A stretch of 64,000 nt of DNA from an uncultured bacterium (GCA_963787205.1 CAWBCD010000021.1:92714-156713); one strand, 5' to 3'. Counted from the stretch's first letter, positions 39,000-50,186 are shown. Program-made: numbers and translations. Notes: generated from the sequence alone by a model not told the origin.

Positions 39000-40497
39000 T
39001 CAGGCCTGGTCAATCTCCCGGGCTACCCGGTTTGCAGAGCGAAGACACGACTCCATTCCGCGGCTGAGGTTGTCGGCGTAAGTACCCGCAAAATAGATCT
39101 TCCCCTCCGGTTTCATAATTTGCGGCCAGAATTTATGCATCTCGCCAATAGGAAAGGGAAGCATCTCGCAAGTCGGGGCAAAGGTGTCCGTGGTCCAGTC
39201 TTTGGTAAGTGCCTGGACAATGGTATCGCTCTTGCCGGGATAAACTTTCCTGAAAGCAGCTAAGACGCGCAGTGGTGACAGCCCACCGGGACCATATGCC
39301 TTCAGGATAACCCGTTCCGTATCAACCTCGTTGTATTCCTGCCATATCGAAGAGATGTCAGGATGATCAAATTCCATATTGATGCTTTTAAAGCCGTCTT
39401 TAAGCCAAAATTTGGAGCTTGCCTCAAACACGTAAAAGGGATGTGAGGTATACGCCAGGTTATTCAAGACATATTGCTTCTCCGGCGACAAGGATGGGGT
39501 CACCGGGATGTTCCGGAATACCGGCAGTGAGATGCAGTTTACCAGGTAATCGGCCGCCAGTTGTTCATCCTGATCGTAGTCATATCTATTATAGGTAACG
39601 GTAACTCCATCGCTGTCCTGTTTGACTGCCGTTACGGAATGTTTGAGTTTAACCCGCGAACCAAGCCGCCGGGCGAAAGCATTTGGCAGTTCCTGGTTAC
39701 CGCCTTTCAGTCGATGCGTGACGCCCTCCCAGAGCGGAATGTCTCTTGATTTCATGACCGTCAGGCGCCATAATTCATAAAGAGCCGATGTATGCCTGCC
39801 TCCAAGGTAGCGAAGGGCCGCCTGCGATGCTCCCTTTTTCTTATAGATATCAGCTATGGGAACATTGTCCAGTTGATCATATCCCACACCGAAGGGTTGA
39901 TAAGGATCGGTAAATTTTCCAAGATAAGAATCGAGGTAGAGTCCTTTCAGCGCCCACCATCCCTGGGAAGACATAACCTTTATCTCATCAGAATGGAAAC
40001 CGAATGTGCGAAGCACAGCGGGATCTGCCAGCATCTCTCCGGTATAAAACTTACCATCAATCATTTTCAGGGAGTTCTCATCTTTCGGACTCGGGGATCC
40101 CTCGGCGTTCGGATAGGGAAGGACCGGTAGTCCAAATTCTTCAGCATATTTGAAGAAATACTCGTAACCGGGCTTCGTGATATGATCTGCGCCAAAATCG
40201 GCATATAAACCATCCGACAGTCCATCGCGGCCGGTAAACACATGACCTCCATATCGTCCGTTTGCTTCCAAGAACAACGACTTCATGGCCGCGCTTCATC
40301 AGTTCATATGCACAGCAAAGTCCGCTGATGCCGCCACCTGCAACGATTACGCTTTTACGGTTGCCTGATTTAGGGGAAAACGGATTGGTTGATTCAGTTT
40401 CTTTTGCACCTTTGATCAATCGGCGACCCACAAAAGTACTCCCGACACCGGCAATGAGTGTCGTTTTAATAAAATCCTTTCTGTTTAAATCCTTCAT
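39000..40497 (-). pseudogene. Tat-signal flavin amine-oxidase-family enzyme, interrupted by a single-base frameshift
   Basis: ORF 40141-40497 encodes the Tat-like leader (NRKDFIKTTLIAGVG) and FAD fingerprint VIVAGGGISGLCCAYELMKRGHEVVVL. ORF 39000-40286 continues EANGRYGGHV in another frame. Removing one G from GTTCTTGGAAGC (minus strand, about 40264-40275) restores ...VVVLEANGRYGG... Confidence 0.8.
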
Positions 40498-40783
40498 CTT
40501 TTTCTGAATTAATCGCAGGAATCCTTTTTCCCAACTGCATGAGTGTTACAGGTATCCGGTTTGGGTACTGAAAGTTAGCAGAATGACTAACATTCACAAT
40601 AACTAATCAAAACCAGTGTCGCTACACCCATCAATATCCCGGAATTTCATACCAACCCGGCGTTCAGCTAACGGGTAATAGCGTGTCGACAGATTTTTTC
40701 TGAAGATAAATCAGGATAAATGAATATCTTGGAAACGTTACCAGGGTGAAATAGATATTTACGAATACCACAATCAGACTATA

Positions 40784-42346
40784 ATGAAGAGCTTCAGGTT
40801 ATACCTTCCGATTCTCTTAATAGTGTTGCTTCCGTTAACGTTGCGGGCACAGATATTCCCGTCGAAGCAGTATGGTGAGTTATTCCGCAAAGTCCAGATG
40901 TCGGACATCTTCAAGGATTCAAAGACCTTTACGGATATGATCGCCTTGCATCCACCGGAAGTCATCTTGAAAAAGTATGAGGCTGAAAAAGATCAGCCGG
41001 GATTCGATCTGAGAAAATTTGTATTTGCAAATTTCAAACTCCCGCAATCCAAGCAAAGCCATTTCAAGAGCGATACGACCGCTACCGTTGTCGAACATAT
41101 CAACAGGCTCTGGCCGGTGTTGACACGTCAACCCGATAGGCATCAGCTGTCTTCACTGATACCATTGCCATATCCCTATGTGGTTCCGGGGGGACGTTTC
41201 CGGGAGATTTATTACTGGGACAGCTATTTCACCATACTGGGGCTTTGGCACTCACATCAGTCAACTCTGATAAAGGATATGGTCAAGAATTTTGCCTACC
41301 TGATCAACAAATACGGCTTTATTCCCAATGGAAACCGGACCTATTATCTCACTCGTTCTCAGCCTCCTTTTTTCCCGCTGATGGTGCAGATACTTGCCGA
41401 GGCAGAGCACAATCCTCATATCCTGATAACCTATCTGCCAGAGATGCAGAAAGAATATGATTTCTGGATGAAGGGCGCCGGCTCGCTGACTCGTTCCAAT
41501 TCTGCATATCGGAATGTGGTCCGATTGGATGGCGACGTTATTCTCAACCGGTACTGGGATAGTTCCGATCGTCCGCGGCCGGAGGCTTTTAAACACGATT
41601 CGCTGCTGGCTTTGCACTCCAGCCAAAAACCTGGCGAACTCTACAGGAACCTGCATGCAGCCGCCGAGTCGGGATGGGATTTCAGCAGCCGGTGGATGGC
41701 CGACAAGAAAGATCTCTCTACGATCATCACCACGGATATCGTGCCTGTCGACCTGAACAGCCTGCTTTATCACTATGAAAAAACGCTGGCTAAAGCCTAC
41801 AAAATGCAGGGTAATTCAACCAAGGCTGCTGATTTTGAGCAGAAGGCAAAAGAACGAATGGATGCCATGCGGAAATACTGCTGGGATCCCGACTTGCATG
41901 CTTTTACCGACTATAACTTCAGGCAGAAAAAAGTTACGGGAGTTCTATCGCTAGCCTGTATGTACCCGCTATTTTTTAAGGTCGCCACGCCGGCGGAAGC
42001 CAAAGAGACGGCTAATACCCTGAAGATGCACTTGCTCAAACCCGGTGGTGTCGTTACGACTGTCTATGACACGGGGCAGCAGTGGGACGCGCCAAACGGA
42101 TGGGCACCTTTGCAATGGATTGCCTATGAAGGATTGGTCAATTACGGCTTTACCTCGTTGGCTCATGAAATCAGGGATCGATGGATGAAAGTCAACCAGC
42201 GGGTTTTCCACCAAACTGGCAAAATGATGGAAAAGTACAACGTCGTCGATCCATACGTTAAAGCCGGTGGTGGCGAATATGCGCTGCAAGATGGTTTCGG
42301 ATGGACTAACGGGGTGTACATGCAATTCGAGGCAACAAAGAAGTAG
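40784..42346 (+). CDS. treA: Periplasmic alpha,alpha-trehalase (GH37)
   Basis: 520 aa with a signal peptide. Both trehalase signatures are present: PGGRFREIYYWDSYF and QWDAPNGWAPLQ. Confidence 0.9.
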   Translation: MKSFRLYLPILLIVLLPLTLRAQIFPSKQYGELFRKVQMSDIFKDSKTFTDMIALHPPEVILKKYEAEKDQPGFDLRKFVFANFKLPQSKQSHFKSDTTATVVEHINRLWPVLTRQPDRHQLSSLIPLPYPYVVPGGRFREIYYWDSYFTILGLWHSHQSTLIKDMVKNFAYLINKYGFIPNGNRTYYLTRSQPPFFPLMVQILAEAEHNPHILITYLPEMQKEYDFWMKGAGSLTRSNSAYRNVVRLDGDVILNRYWDSSDRPRPEAFKHDSLLALHSSQKPGELYRNLHAAAESGWDFSSRWMADKKDLSTIITTDIVPVDLNSLLYHYEKTLAKAYKMQGNSTKAADFEQKAKERMDAMRKYCWDPDLHAFTDYNFRQKKVTGVLSLACMYPLFFKVATPAEAKETANTLKMHLLKPGGVVTTVYDTGQQWDAPNGWAPLQWIAYEGLVNYGFTSLAHEIRDRWMKVNQRVFHQTGKMMEKYNVVDPYVKAGGGEYALQDGFGWTNGVYMQFEATKK

Positions 42347-42742
42347 AAAGTCAGTCTGACAAATTCTCGTCTTTTTCCTTCCTCCAATGGACAGATTCTA
42401 AACACAAGGATCTCGTGGGATCCGAAAACGATCGTTACCTGTAGTAAAAGGCATGAATCGTCATTTAGCCGGATGTCATGTCACGCAGGATATCCGCCAT
42501 GGTGGAACAATTGAATTGTCGGTTTGTCCTTTTAAAAGCTGAGGCTGTCCGAAAAGTCATTATACTTATTGAACTGCCTAAAAATAGTAGGATTTTCAAC
42601 CTTCATTATGGAACATGCCGTTTTTCCCCCTTAAAAAAGGGGGCGAGGGGGTTGTTTTCCAGCGTGACATATTCGAACCCTTAAATAAATTAGACTTAAA
42701 TTTTTTTAGTTATGCTTTTGGGATAGCCTTAGTTGCGGTGAG

Positions 42743-43000
42743 GCAAAACCATCATTTTGACCACTTCTCGTTCTGCATCACAACGCGGTATCCATCCACA
42801 TCTTCAAAAGTCTTTCCGTTGACATCCCAAAATGGATTGAAGGAGGGCAGTTCAATAAAACCGGCTGCTTTCATTCGCTCACATAATTCTATCCATTTCT
42901 GCCTTTCAGGAATATAAAATACCAACAAATGATCCGGGTCAGGGTTCTTTCCGCCGGAATGTCCTTCTTTCGTTTTATCTGACGTCGACCAACCCGCGGG
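42743..43000 (-). pseudogene. N-terminally truncated VOC/glyoxalase-fold gene remnant
   Basis: Manual minus-strand translation gives ...KEGHSGGKNPDPDHLLVFYIPERQKWIELCERMKAAGFIELPSFNPFWDVNGKTFEDVDGYRVVMQNEKWSK*. This is the C-terminal half of a VOC-family protein. An in-frame stop lies at 43001-43003 and there is no start. Confidence 0.5.
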
Positions 43001-43139
43001 TCATAATAAATTGCGAATAGCCGTAAAAGGCGTCAATAAACCGGTCAATCAATGCTCGTTTTTCCATCTCATCCATCGAATAATCTTACGACTATTAAGA
43101 AGGAGTTCCCGTAAGTACCTCTACATTGTATTGGATTTA

Positions 43140-43562
43140 TTATTTGATGCTGAGTTTAAGTGCAATCAAAGACTTGGCATATTCAACATCGTCTTTATTC
43201 GCAAATGTGACAGTCAGCCCGCGGATTTTATTATATCGCTTCCCGTTAATGAACCGATCCTTTAATTCATCAGGTATCGAACTATTTCTTATAGCTTCTT
43301 TTGCTTTGTCGGTGAAGTAGAATGTGATCCTGAATGTGTCTTCGACAAGCGATAACCAGAAGATGGTTTTTGATTTGCGCGTTACTTTCATCAACCAGTT
43401 TTTCCCGTCTTTGTAGTACCTCCACTGTGTATTTAAATCCGGGTAATTAGTGTGAATGTATTCAAAGAAAGACTCCCAAAGAATCTTTGAATTTCCAATA
43501 TGCTCAAAAATCACTTCTTCGGTCGGGTACAGATTCTCGTCTGCAAGAACATGTTGTTCCAT
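43140..43562 (-). CDS. DUF3788-family protein
   Basis: 140 aa. The pattern YPDLNTQWRYYKDGKNWLMKV...FRITFYF matches my memory of DUF3788. Confidence 0.5.
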   Translation of the reverse strand: MEQHVLADENLYPTEEVIFEHIGNSKILWESFFEYIHTNYPDLNTQWRYYKDGKNWLMKVTRKSKTIFWLSLVEDTFRITFYFTDKAKEAIRNSSIPDELKDRFINGKRYNKIRGLTVTFANKDDVEYAKSLIALKLSIK

Positions 43563-43684
43563 TTCTTATCCTCCTTATATGATGTTCCCTATTTGCTCCC
43601 TGCTGCGCCAACAGGGTTCATGTTAATTATTATGCTGAACTGGAAAAGTTGATAAAAGATTTCTTTATTCAGGGATCTGCTGGA

Positions 43685-44044
43685 TCAACCAAGCCAGTCG
43701 CCTATACCACTCCACTTCATTTCAATCCAGCGGTCGTCGCCACCGAGATGATGGGCCCTGTAACACAAGAGCTTCATTCTGTCGATCCCACCAGAATCGT
43801 TCAGTTGTTCTCCAATTTTTTTTGTTTTGGCCTCATCTTTATGGTGACTTGCCATTACCAGTTGTTTGGCAATGGATTCATCTTCATCGTTTAGCCTCAT
43901 CTTTGATCGATGATAAATAACAATTCCCCTCTCTGCGAAGGTCGATGTTGACTGCAATCCCAGTTCTTTGAGTTTTTCTTCAGGCGTGGCAAATTGATTG
44001 TAATCCGAGTCGCGACTAAAGATTTTTTTCAACCAGAAAACCAT
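43685..44044 (-). CDS. Hypothetical protein
   Basis: 119-aa ORF with no recognisable motif. Confidence 0.4.
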   Translation of the reverse strand: MVFWLKKIFSRDSDYNQFATPEEKLKELGLQSTSTFAERGIVIYHRSKMRLNDEDESIAKQLVMASHHKDEAKTKKIGEQLNDSGGIDRMKLLCYRAHHLGGDDRWIEMKWSGIGDWLG

Positions 44045-44073
44045 AGTAAACCCACTTTACAGACAAGAGATCA

Positions 44074-44301
44074 TTACGGCCTTATTTTACACATCGTGAA
44101 CACAAGTGATGTCCAGCTGGCAGCACCCGTTACCAAGACTCCCAAATAGATAATCATGGAATCATAGTGATAAAAACCGAATGTCATAATGAGTACGCCG
44201 ATCAACACGGAAATGGCCATGACCAGTGTATGTATCTCGAAACGTACAGTGTCTGATTGTCTTTTGGACATGCTTGTATGGAATTTAAAATTAGTAATCA
44301 A
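44074..44301 (-). CDS. Small two-TM membrane protein
   Basis: 75-aa ORF with two hydrophobic helices. Confidence 0.4.
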   Translation of the reverse strand: MITNFKFHTSMSKRQSDTVRFEIHTLVMAISVLIGVLIMTFGFYHYDSMIIYLGVLVTGAASWTSLVFTMCKIRP

Positions 44302-44445
44302 AAAATTCGGGATGAATCATGCCGGGATTAAAATATCCCGCGTTGTTTTCTTTGTACAAAGATAAATAACAATACTTTGTGCCGGGTAGTTCTGGAATCA
44401 ATCTAAGAATTAGATATCCCAGAATTACTGCCACCACTAGTTCTA

Positions 44446-46065
44446 TTAAACGGTTGTCTCAATCCGCAAATCCAGTAGTTTTTTTATGTCGTGTATATCA
44501 TCTTTCGATTGGACGGGAATGAACAGCCAGCGTCCTTCCGGGTAGGGAGTGGCCTTGGCGATAGCTTCCTGCGCAATTTTACCAGGATTCATAGTCTGGG
44601 CTTGTTGCCACATGCCTAATCCCATATAAGCATCACCCATAGCAGTCAGAATTTCGGCATTATTCGGCATCAGTGTATTGGCCTGTATGAATTGGTCCAG
44701 AGGCTGTTTTAAATTCCATGTTCCCCATAAGTCGATATCACCCATGACAAGATGAGCCTCCGACAGATTCGGATTTAATGTCAGGGCTTTTTCAGCCAGT
44801 GGTATTGCAGCGGTATAATCCGGGTATGAGGCAAGCAGTTGAGCCTTGCGCGCGTAGGCCAGTGCAAATTTGGGGTCCAGATCGATGGCCTGTTGATAAA
44901 GATCCAAAGCCTGATCCCTTATAGGTGATTTATAATGTACCCAGTAATTCCACCAATAATAATTGGCTCGCATATACAAGTCATAAGCCTCGGGATTCTT
45001 CGTGGGAATCTGGCGCAGTGTAGTTAGTTCCTGTGGGCTGAGTTTGGCATTCAGAGAACGCGCAACACTGTCGACCAGTTTCCCTCAACCCCAAAGATGT
45101 TGTTCAGGGTACGGGTGTAAGACTGCCCCCAAAGGTGAACGGAGTTTTGAGCATCAATAATCTGAACGTTGATCAGAACCTGGTACGCCAGCCTTTTCTT
45201 GCACGAATAATCCACGATCGGTACTCATTCTGAAACTCCTTGACAATCCGTCCGGGTTCATCGAACGTCTGAAATCGGTTGGCGGGCAGTTTGTTCAGGC
45301 ATTTGGTAATAAGGGAGGTAAGTCCGTCAGGTATCTGATCGTAGTCTGGTTCTTCGTTTAGAATGGAATAAGGCAAAGTCGGTTCATCATCACTTTTGAA
45401 GGGCAGCCGACTGGTGATCATCTCATATAATATCACTCCGAACGTCCAGATGTCTGCTTGTTTGCCCGGAGTTTTCTCTTTGATCTGTTCAGGCGGCATG
45501 TATTGGGAGACAGGTGTAGCATGCGGGGGTGTTAATCCGGCAAATCCGAAATCTAAAAGTTTTGCCGTACCCTCGTCCGTGATGAAAATAGCGATGGCTT
45601 GAGTTCACCATGTACAATTTCCTTAGCGTGTGTTTTGGTCATGGCCTGGCAAATCTGTACGGCAATATCCAGCACCTCCTCCAGTCTCAATGATCCGCGG
45701 GCGATCTTACCCTTTAAAGATTCCCCTTCATAGCAGTCCGTCACAATGAATAGTTGTCCATCTCCGGTCTCGTCGGTGTCGTGGATCGAGCAGATGTTAT
45801 TGTACTGCAGGGCAGAAGCAGCCTGTGTTTCGTGGATGAGACGGCGTTTAATGGCAGGGTCTTTGGTTAGTTCGGCCGGTAGAAACCTGAGGGCAACGGT
45901 ACGGTTGAGTTTGGTGTCCTCAGCCTTGTAGATGGTGCCCATTCCGCCTTCGCCGAGCTTTTCCAGGATCTTAAAGTGTGATATCGTCTTACCGACCATT
46001 TCCATCTTAGAAACATCCTGGCTACGGTGGTCACATACCGCTTTCGCCGGGTTCTTAATGATCAT
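44446..46065 (-). pseudogene. Ser/Thr protein kinase - periplasmic module - TPR gene broken by several frameshifts
   Basis: Fragment 45553-46065 has the Gly-loop LGEGGMGTIYKA and reads IVHGELKPS, then shifts frame. The alternate frame gives FITDEGTAKLLDFGFAG. Fragment 45173-45499 has MPPEQ...ADIWTFGVILYEM. Manual translation of 45060-45180 gives VLINVQIIDAQNSVHLWGQSY. Fragment 44446-44979 is TPR. Confidence 0.75.
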
Positions 46066-46180
46066 AAAAAAATTGATATATCTTACAGGTGTGTAGTAAC
46101 TATTATTAAATAAGTGATTCGTGGAATAAAGCCTACAAATACCGTTGGGGAGTTATTTTCTGTCGCGACTTTTTATTATA

Positions 46181-46618
46181 TCACAGATAGTATTTCTTTA
46201 CGGATGGCAGAAAAGTGAATGCGACGATCAAGACACCAACAAGTCCAAATAAAACTTGCAATGGCGGACCTGATTGATATCCGATCATCAGTATTTCGAC
46301 AAGTATCCAGATAACAAGAGCAATACCAACAATTACAGAACCAAACCAGGCCTGTCGATTACGCTTCCAGAAATGATAGACGACAATAAGCGGATAAATT
46401 CCCAGTATCGTTAAGAGGATGAACCCGGGAATGAAATAATCGGTGAATGGAGATTCACTCAGATAGGTGACAGGCATTTCCAAAGATTCTCCTGTTGGAT
46501 CAAAAACCAGATTTGCGCCACCATATATTCCGCTTATACCCTGAATGGCGAGCAAAAAAAGTAATAAGTAAGTAAACGGTGGGCGTGCAATCAAATTAAT
46601 CATACTATCCACCCTCAT
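46181..46618 (-). CDS. Four-TM membrane protein, unknown function
   Basis: 145-aa hydrophobic ORF. Confidence 0.5.
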   Translation of the reverse strand: MRVDSMINLIARPPFTYLLLFLLAIQGISGIYGGANLVFDPTGESLEMPVTYLSESPFTDYFIPGFILLTILGIYPLIVVYHFWKRNRQAWFGSVIVGIALVIWILVEILMIGYQSGPPLQVLFGLVGVLIVAFTFLPSVKKYYL

Positions 46619-47463
46619 GATTAGTTTTTTTATAAGAGACTGTAAATCTTATGAATTACATCACAAGATATACTATTTTTTGAAAGTGGTAAACAACTTA
46701 TTCCATATCGCCCCTCAGAAGTCGTGACTGACCAAATGGCTGCTGTTTGGCATACTTTCTGTCAGCGTTTGTTCTTTTCCCGGGTTTGTGGCAAATAACT
46801 ATTCCGGGTACAGCCAGGGGGTGGGGACCGAGTCCCTGGTCTCTCCAAACAGTCGAACCAAACTTGTTATCTCATTTAATCAGGTTGTGGCTGGCCTTTT
46901 TCATCAGCAGCATCCTGACCTGGCAGGTTATCTCTCCAATGTTTGCCTGTATCATAACCGGTTTATTTCAATCCGATTTCATGAGCTTTCACAGCGAATA
47001 ACTCATTTTGAATCTTTTACGGCACATCTTCCGGTGAAAGCCATTCCTGAACGTTCGAATCAGGATTCCTTCCATATCACAATAGGTTAACACCCGCCTT
47101 AACGGCCAGTTGACTGGCTTCAATATAAAATCATACACGGGATATGCAGTTGGTATGTCTTGCTGCATCTGCCGGACCACTGTGGTTATGGAACGTTTCA
47201 AAAGGATATTGAAAATCGCCGGTATAGTGATACTCATTTTCCTGGCCTCCCTGGGTATTGGCATCACCGGTGCCGCACCAATCAACATAAACAGAAGAGA
47301 CAGCAAACCGGACAACGGGACCAAAATTGAACTGGTCGAAGAGCAAAGGAAACGGTTGAAGGGATCGAAACACAAGGAGATAAAGTGAGTTAGGAATAAC
47401 GGGATCTGACTTACAAATATCTTACAACCATTCCGCATCTTCGGTTAAATGTTACAGATCGCC

Positions 47464-47928
47464 CTATACCGGTTTTCGTATGTAAAAGATAAAATCGGTG
47501 ATGATCGGTTCTCCACCTGACTCGCGCACAGCTTTTGCAATCTGTCCGCGGTGGTACCCGCTATGGATAAGAACGTGCATCAACACATCCTGCACCGAAT
47601 TTTCATATTCAGTGCCGTTGCTGTTTTTATAGCGAAAATTTTCTGTCAATTGTTCCTCCGTTACGGTGCGCAGATAATCTTTATAACCTACCCTGTTTTC
47701 CTCTATCAAGTCCCCGCATTCATCGAGATCAAGTGTTGGCCAGATACGGAGACTGGATGAGTCCTGACTGCGCAGACGGGTAAGCCAGACTTTCTTCGCC
47801 GTAAGGAGATGGGCGAAGATATTCATTGTCCTTTCGTTTATTTGCGGCAGACCACGAAGTGATTCAAGCATCTGCGCGTTAACCGTACTGTCATATTCAA
47901 ACATGTCGAGCAGATAATTGGTATCCAT
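47464..47928 (-). CDS. DinB-family (four-helix-bundle metalloenzyme-like) protein
   Basis: 154 aa with a His triad context (IFAHLL, VLMHVLIHSGYHRGQ). Confidence 0.7.
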   Translation of the reverse strand: MDTNYLLDMFEYDSTVNAQMLESLRGLPQINERTMNIFAHLLTAKKVWLTRLRSQDSSSLRIWPTLDLDECGDLIEENRVGYKDYLRTVTEEQLTENFRYKNSNGTEYENSVQDVLMHVLIHSGYHRGQIAKAVRESGGEPIITDFIFYIRKPV

Positions 47929-48030
47929 AAGCTAATTCCAGGGAAATTATGACGGGTAAAGCTGATAAACGAAAACCCATAACTAATTAGAAATATCCCG
48001 CAATGGGTATGTAATTATCAACTTAAAATA

Positions 48031-48051
48031 CAAACCGGTTGTTCCGGTTTG
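48031..48051 (-). terminator. Rho-independent terminator downstream of 48085-48783
   Basis: CAAACCGG-ttgtt-CCGGTTTG. On the minus strand it is followed by TATTTTAAG. Confidence 0.55.
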
Positions 48052-48084
48052 CTTATGACATGCCGGTCTTTTTGCGATAATAAA

Positions 48085-48783
48085 TCATCCCATATGAGGA
48101 ACATATTGTTTGCTGACATAGGATGTCCTGGCGCCAATCGTTCTCCTGTTTCGATCGACCCAATAGGCCCATAGGACAACCAACCATTGCAATTCTCCGA
48201 CCCATGCAATAGCCATTGAATTAGGCGGCGGACTTCCAAACATATTGCTGACATGTATAAAGACCAGGAAAACGATTAATCCCCAGAATCCATAGGAACC
48301 GATCTTGTTGTTTGCTTTCGTCGATCGGATATAAAACCACAGACCCACGAAAAAGATAAGGCCTTCAACGATTATTTCAGCTGTCATGTGGTTCCAGAGT
48401 CCAAACCCTACCAATGGCGAATTACCCGGATAGAGGGGCAGATCCGGTCGGTGGACCAGCAAATCCAATATCCAGTGGCTCACAACACATAACCCGAGGA
48501 TGATTGCTCCCCGTGAATTGCGTTTCATCATGAAATAGATGATCCCAAAGAGCGCTCCCCAGATACAAGCCATCAACAGGCTGTGGGAGAAGGGGTAGTA
48601 AGTGAAATCAAGCGGGGTCATTTTGGTAATTCCCGGCTGGATGGCTACCCGCTCCCATCCCAGCAACAGGAATGTCGGCCAGAGCAGGTCTAAAAACTGG
48701 GCCGCCAGGAAGAGGGTACCGAGTGAAATTTTAGGTGCAGTTTTTTTAGCACCAAGTCCGACACCAAAGTGACCTATGAACAT
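48085..48783 (-). CDS. Membrane-bound metal-dependent hydrolase-like protein (YdjM/DUF457-like)
   Basis: 232 aa. The N-terminus MFIGHFGVGLGAKK and SHWILDLLVHRPDLPL are typical of the family. Confidence 0.5.
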   Translation of the reverse strand: MFIGHFGVGLGAKKTAPKISLGTLFLAAQFLDLLWPTFLLLGWERVAIQPGITKMTPLDFTYYPFSHSLLMACIWGALFGIIYFMMKRNSRGAIILGLCVVSHWILDLLVHRPDLPLYPGNSPLVGFGLWNHMTAEIIVEGLIFFVGLWFYIRSTKANNKIGSYGFWGLIVFLVFIHVSNMFGSPPPNSMAIAWVGELQWLVVLWAYWVDRNRRTIGARTSYVSKQYVPHMG

Positions 48784-48989
48784 AGCCGTAGTAATTAAAA
48801 GTTGATTTACCTGAGTCGTATAAATCTAATAATAATAAATTTAACTGTTATAGAAATAAAACTATGTGATTAACCTTTAGAGTTAAATTTCACAGACATA
48901 TGTGATTCCTTCTCTGGATACGAGATTCGGATTTCCTGATTAAAAGGAAAATTATGAATGTTCGGTTATCGAACTGGTAGTGCAGGTGG

Positions 48990-49340
48990 TCATTGTTTCA
49001 ATAATCTGTCTCCGAACAGATAGACTAAAAGATGATGAATGACGGAAATCAATGCGAGCATCCAGCCGGGCACATGTGCACCGGCGGTATACAACGCAAG
49101 GGCTGCAAGTCCCGATATTACCAGTTCCTGGATAAGACGAAGCGGCTCGGCTACCCGGCCCAGCTGGTGGAAATCAACGGCACCCCAGAATCCGAAGCCG
49201 ATCAGCGGAGCACCAATACATAGCAAGATTCTAGAAATGTCGCTTTCACCGGTCTGGTATCCCCAGTATCCCAATCCAATGACGATCCCCAATTCCATGA
49301 TTGACCGCAAGGCCAGATTGACCCACTTCATAAAAGACAT
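48990..49340 (-). CDS. DUF2568 (YrdB-like) small membrane protein
   Basis: 116 aa with four TM helices. The pattern ELGIVIGLGYWGY is recalled from memory. Confidence 0.5.
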   Translation of the reverse strand: MSFMKWVNLALRSIMELGIVIGLGYWGYQTGESDISRILLCIGAPLIGFGFWGAVDFHQLGRVAEPLRLIQELVISGLAALALYTAGAHVPGWMLALISVIHHLLVYLFGDRLLKQ

Positions 49341-49506
49341 GACAGCAAGAACCCCCCAAACGTTTTAAAAAAACATTAATCATATGGCACACACGTATTC
49401 AACTTGATTTGAAATACATATCTGGTCAGATGTATCTCTATAAAAAAATAGGGATGCAGGGGAAACAACCAAAAATCCGGACTAATTGAGGGTGTAGCTT
49501 GATCTC

Positions 49507-49995
49507 TTATCTTGTAAAGGTCGCTTTGACACGTTTGGACAAAAACATATAGGGTGTCCACACCACAGCCCAGACCAATGTCTGGATAAATTCGCTGAGT
49601 GTGTTGGAGTTGAAGAACTGATGACTGGGAATAAAGGCTGCCAGGCCCCATGAATCCACCAAAATAAGCACCACGGTCAATATCATGATACCGATGTACC
49701 ACTTCGGAAAACTTTTTTTCTTCATAAAGAATAGATAGGCGACGTAACCGAATAGAAATATCAAAATGACACTTGTGACCATCTCACCAATCAGGACAGA
49801 TGCGAAGACAGGATCGTATGCGCTGGAACCATGAGTCATGAGTGCGCCCAAATACCCCTTGGACAGAACCGAGTAATACCCAGGAAAGGTATTTATGATG
49901 GTTACAAGCGGCGTTAAAATGATGCTTACTCCAACGAGAATGAGCCAGCCGCTCAATCCGTCAAGATCAGTAAAATCACTATTCAATTCTTTCAA
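49507..49995 (-). CDS. DUF2569-like membrane protein
   Basis: 162 aa. LSGWLILVGVSIILTPL plus further TM helices. Confidence 0.45.
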   Translation of the reverse strand: MKELNSDFTDLDGLSGWLILVGVSIILTPLVTIINTFPGYYSVLSKGYLGALMTHGSSAYDPVFASVLIGEMVTSVILIFLFGYVAYLFFMKKKSFPKWYIGIMILTVVLILVDSWGLAAFIPSHQFFNSNTLSEFIQTLVWAVVWTPYMFLSKRVKATFTR

Positions 49996-50186
49996 TAGTT
50001 CTCCTTATAAAGAGTCAGAAAAGGAAACAATTTAACAGGATGGGTATTAATAACAAGATGCGGCCGGTAATTAACTCATTTGCACATTATGGATCTGTTA
50101 TTGGACCCCGATTAATTGGGGTTGTCAAATATATTTTGCGATTTGAGATTTTCGTAGAATGGTTCATCATTTCAAACTCTCGTCAT

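Noticed and set aside
42615-42665. G/C hairpin CCCCCTT-aaaaaa-GGGGG-cga-GGGGG, and the ORF encoding PLKKGGEGV.
   Set aside because: It lies about 270 nt from the nearest gene end and has no clean U-tract. The sequence type is a common low-complexity intergenic hairpin that generates spurious small ORFs. With only a single copy here, there is no evidence of function.
47110-47388. 92-aa ORF. An internal start at 47188 gives MERFKRILKIAGIVILIFLASLGIGITG..., a possible small membrane-anchored protein.
   Set aside because: It has only one hydrophobic helix, no ribosome-binding site or conserved motif that I can see, and it overlaps antisense ORFs of similar length. This is too weak to call.
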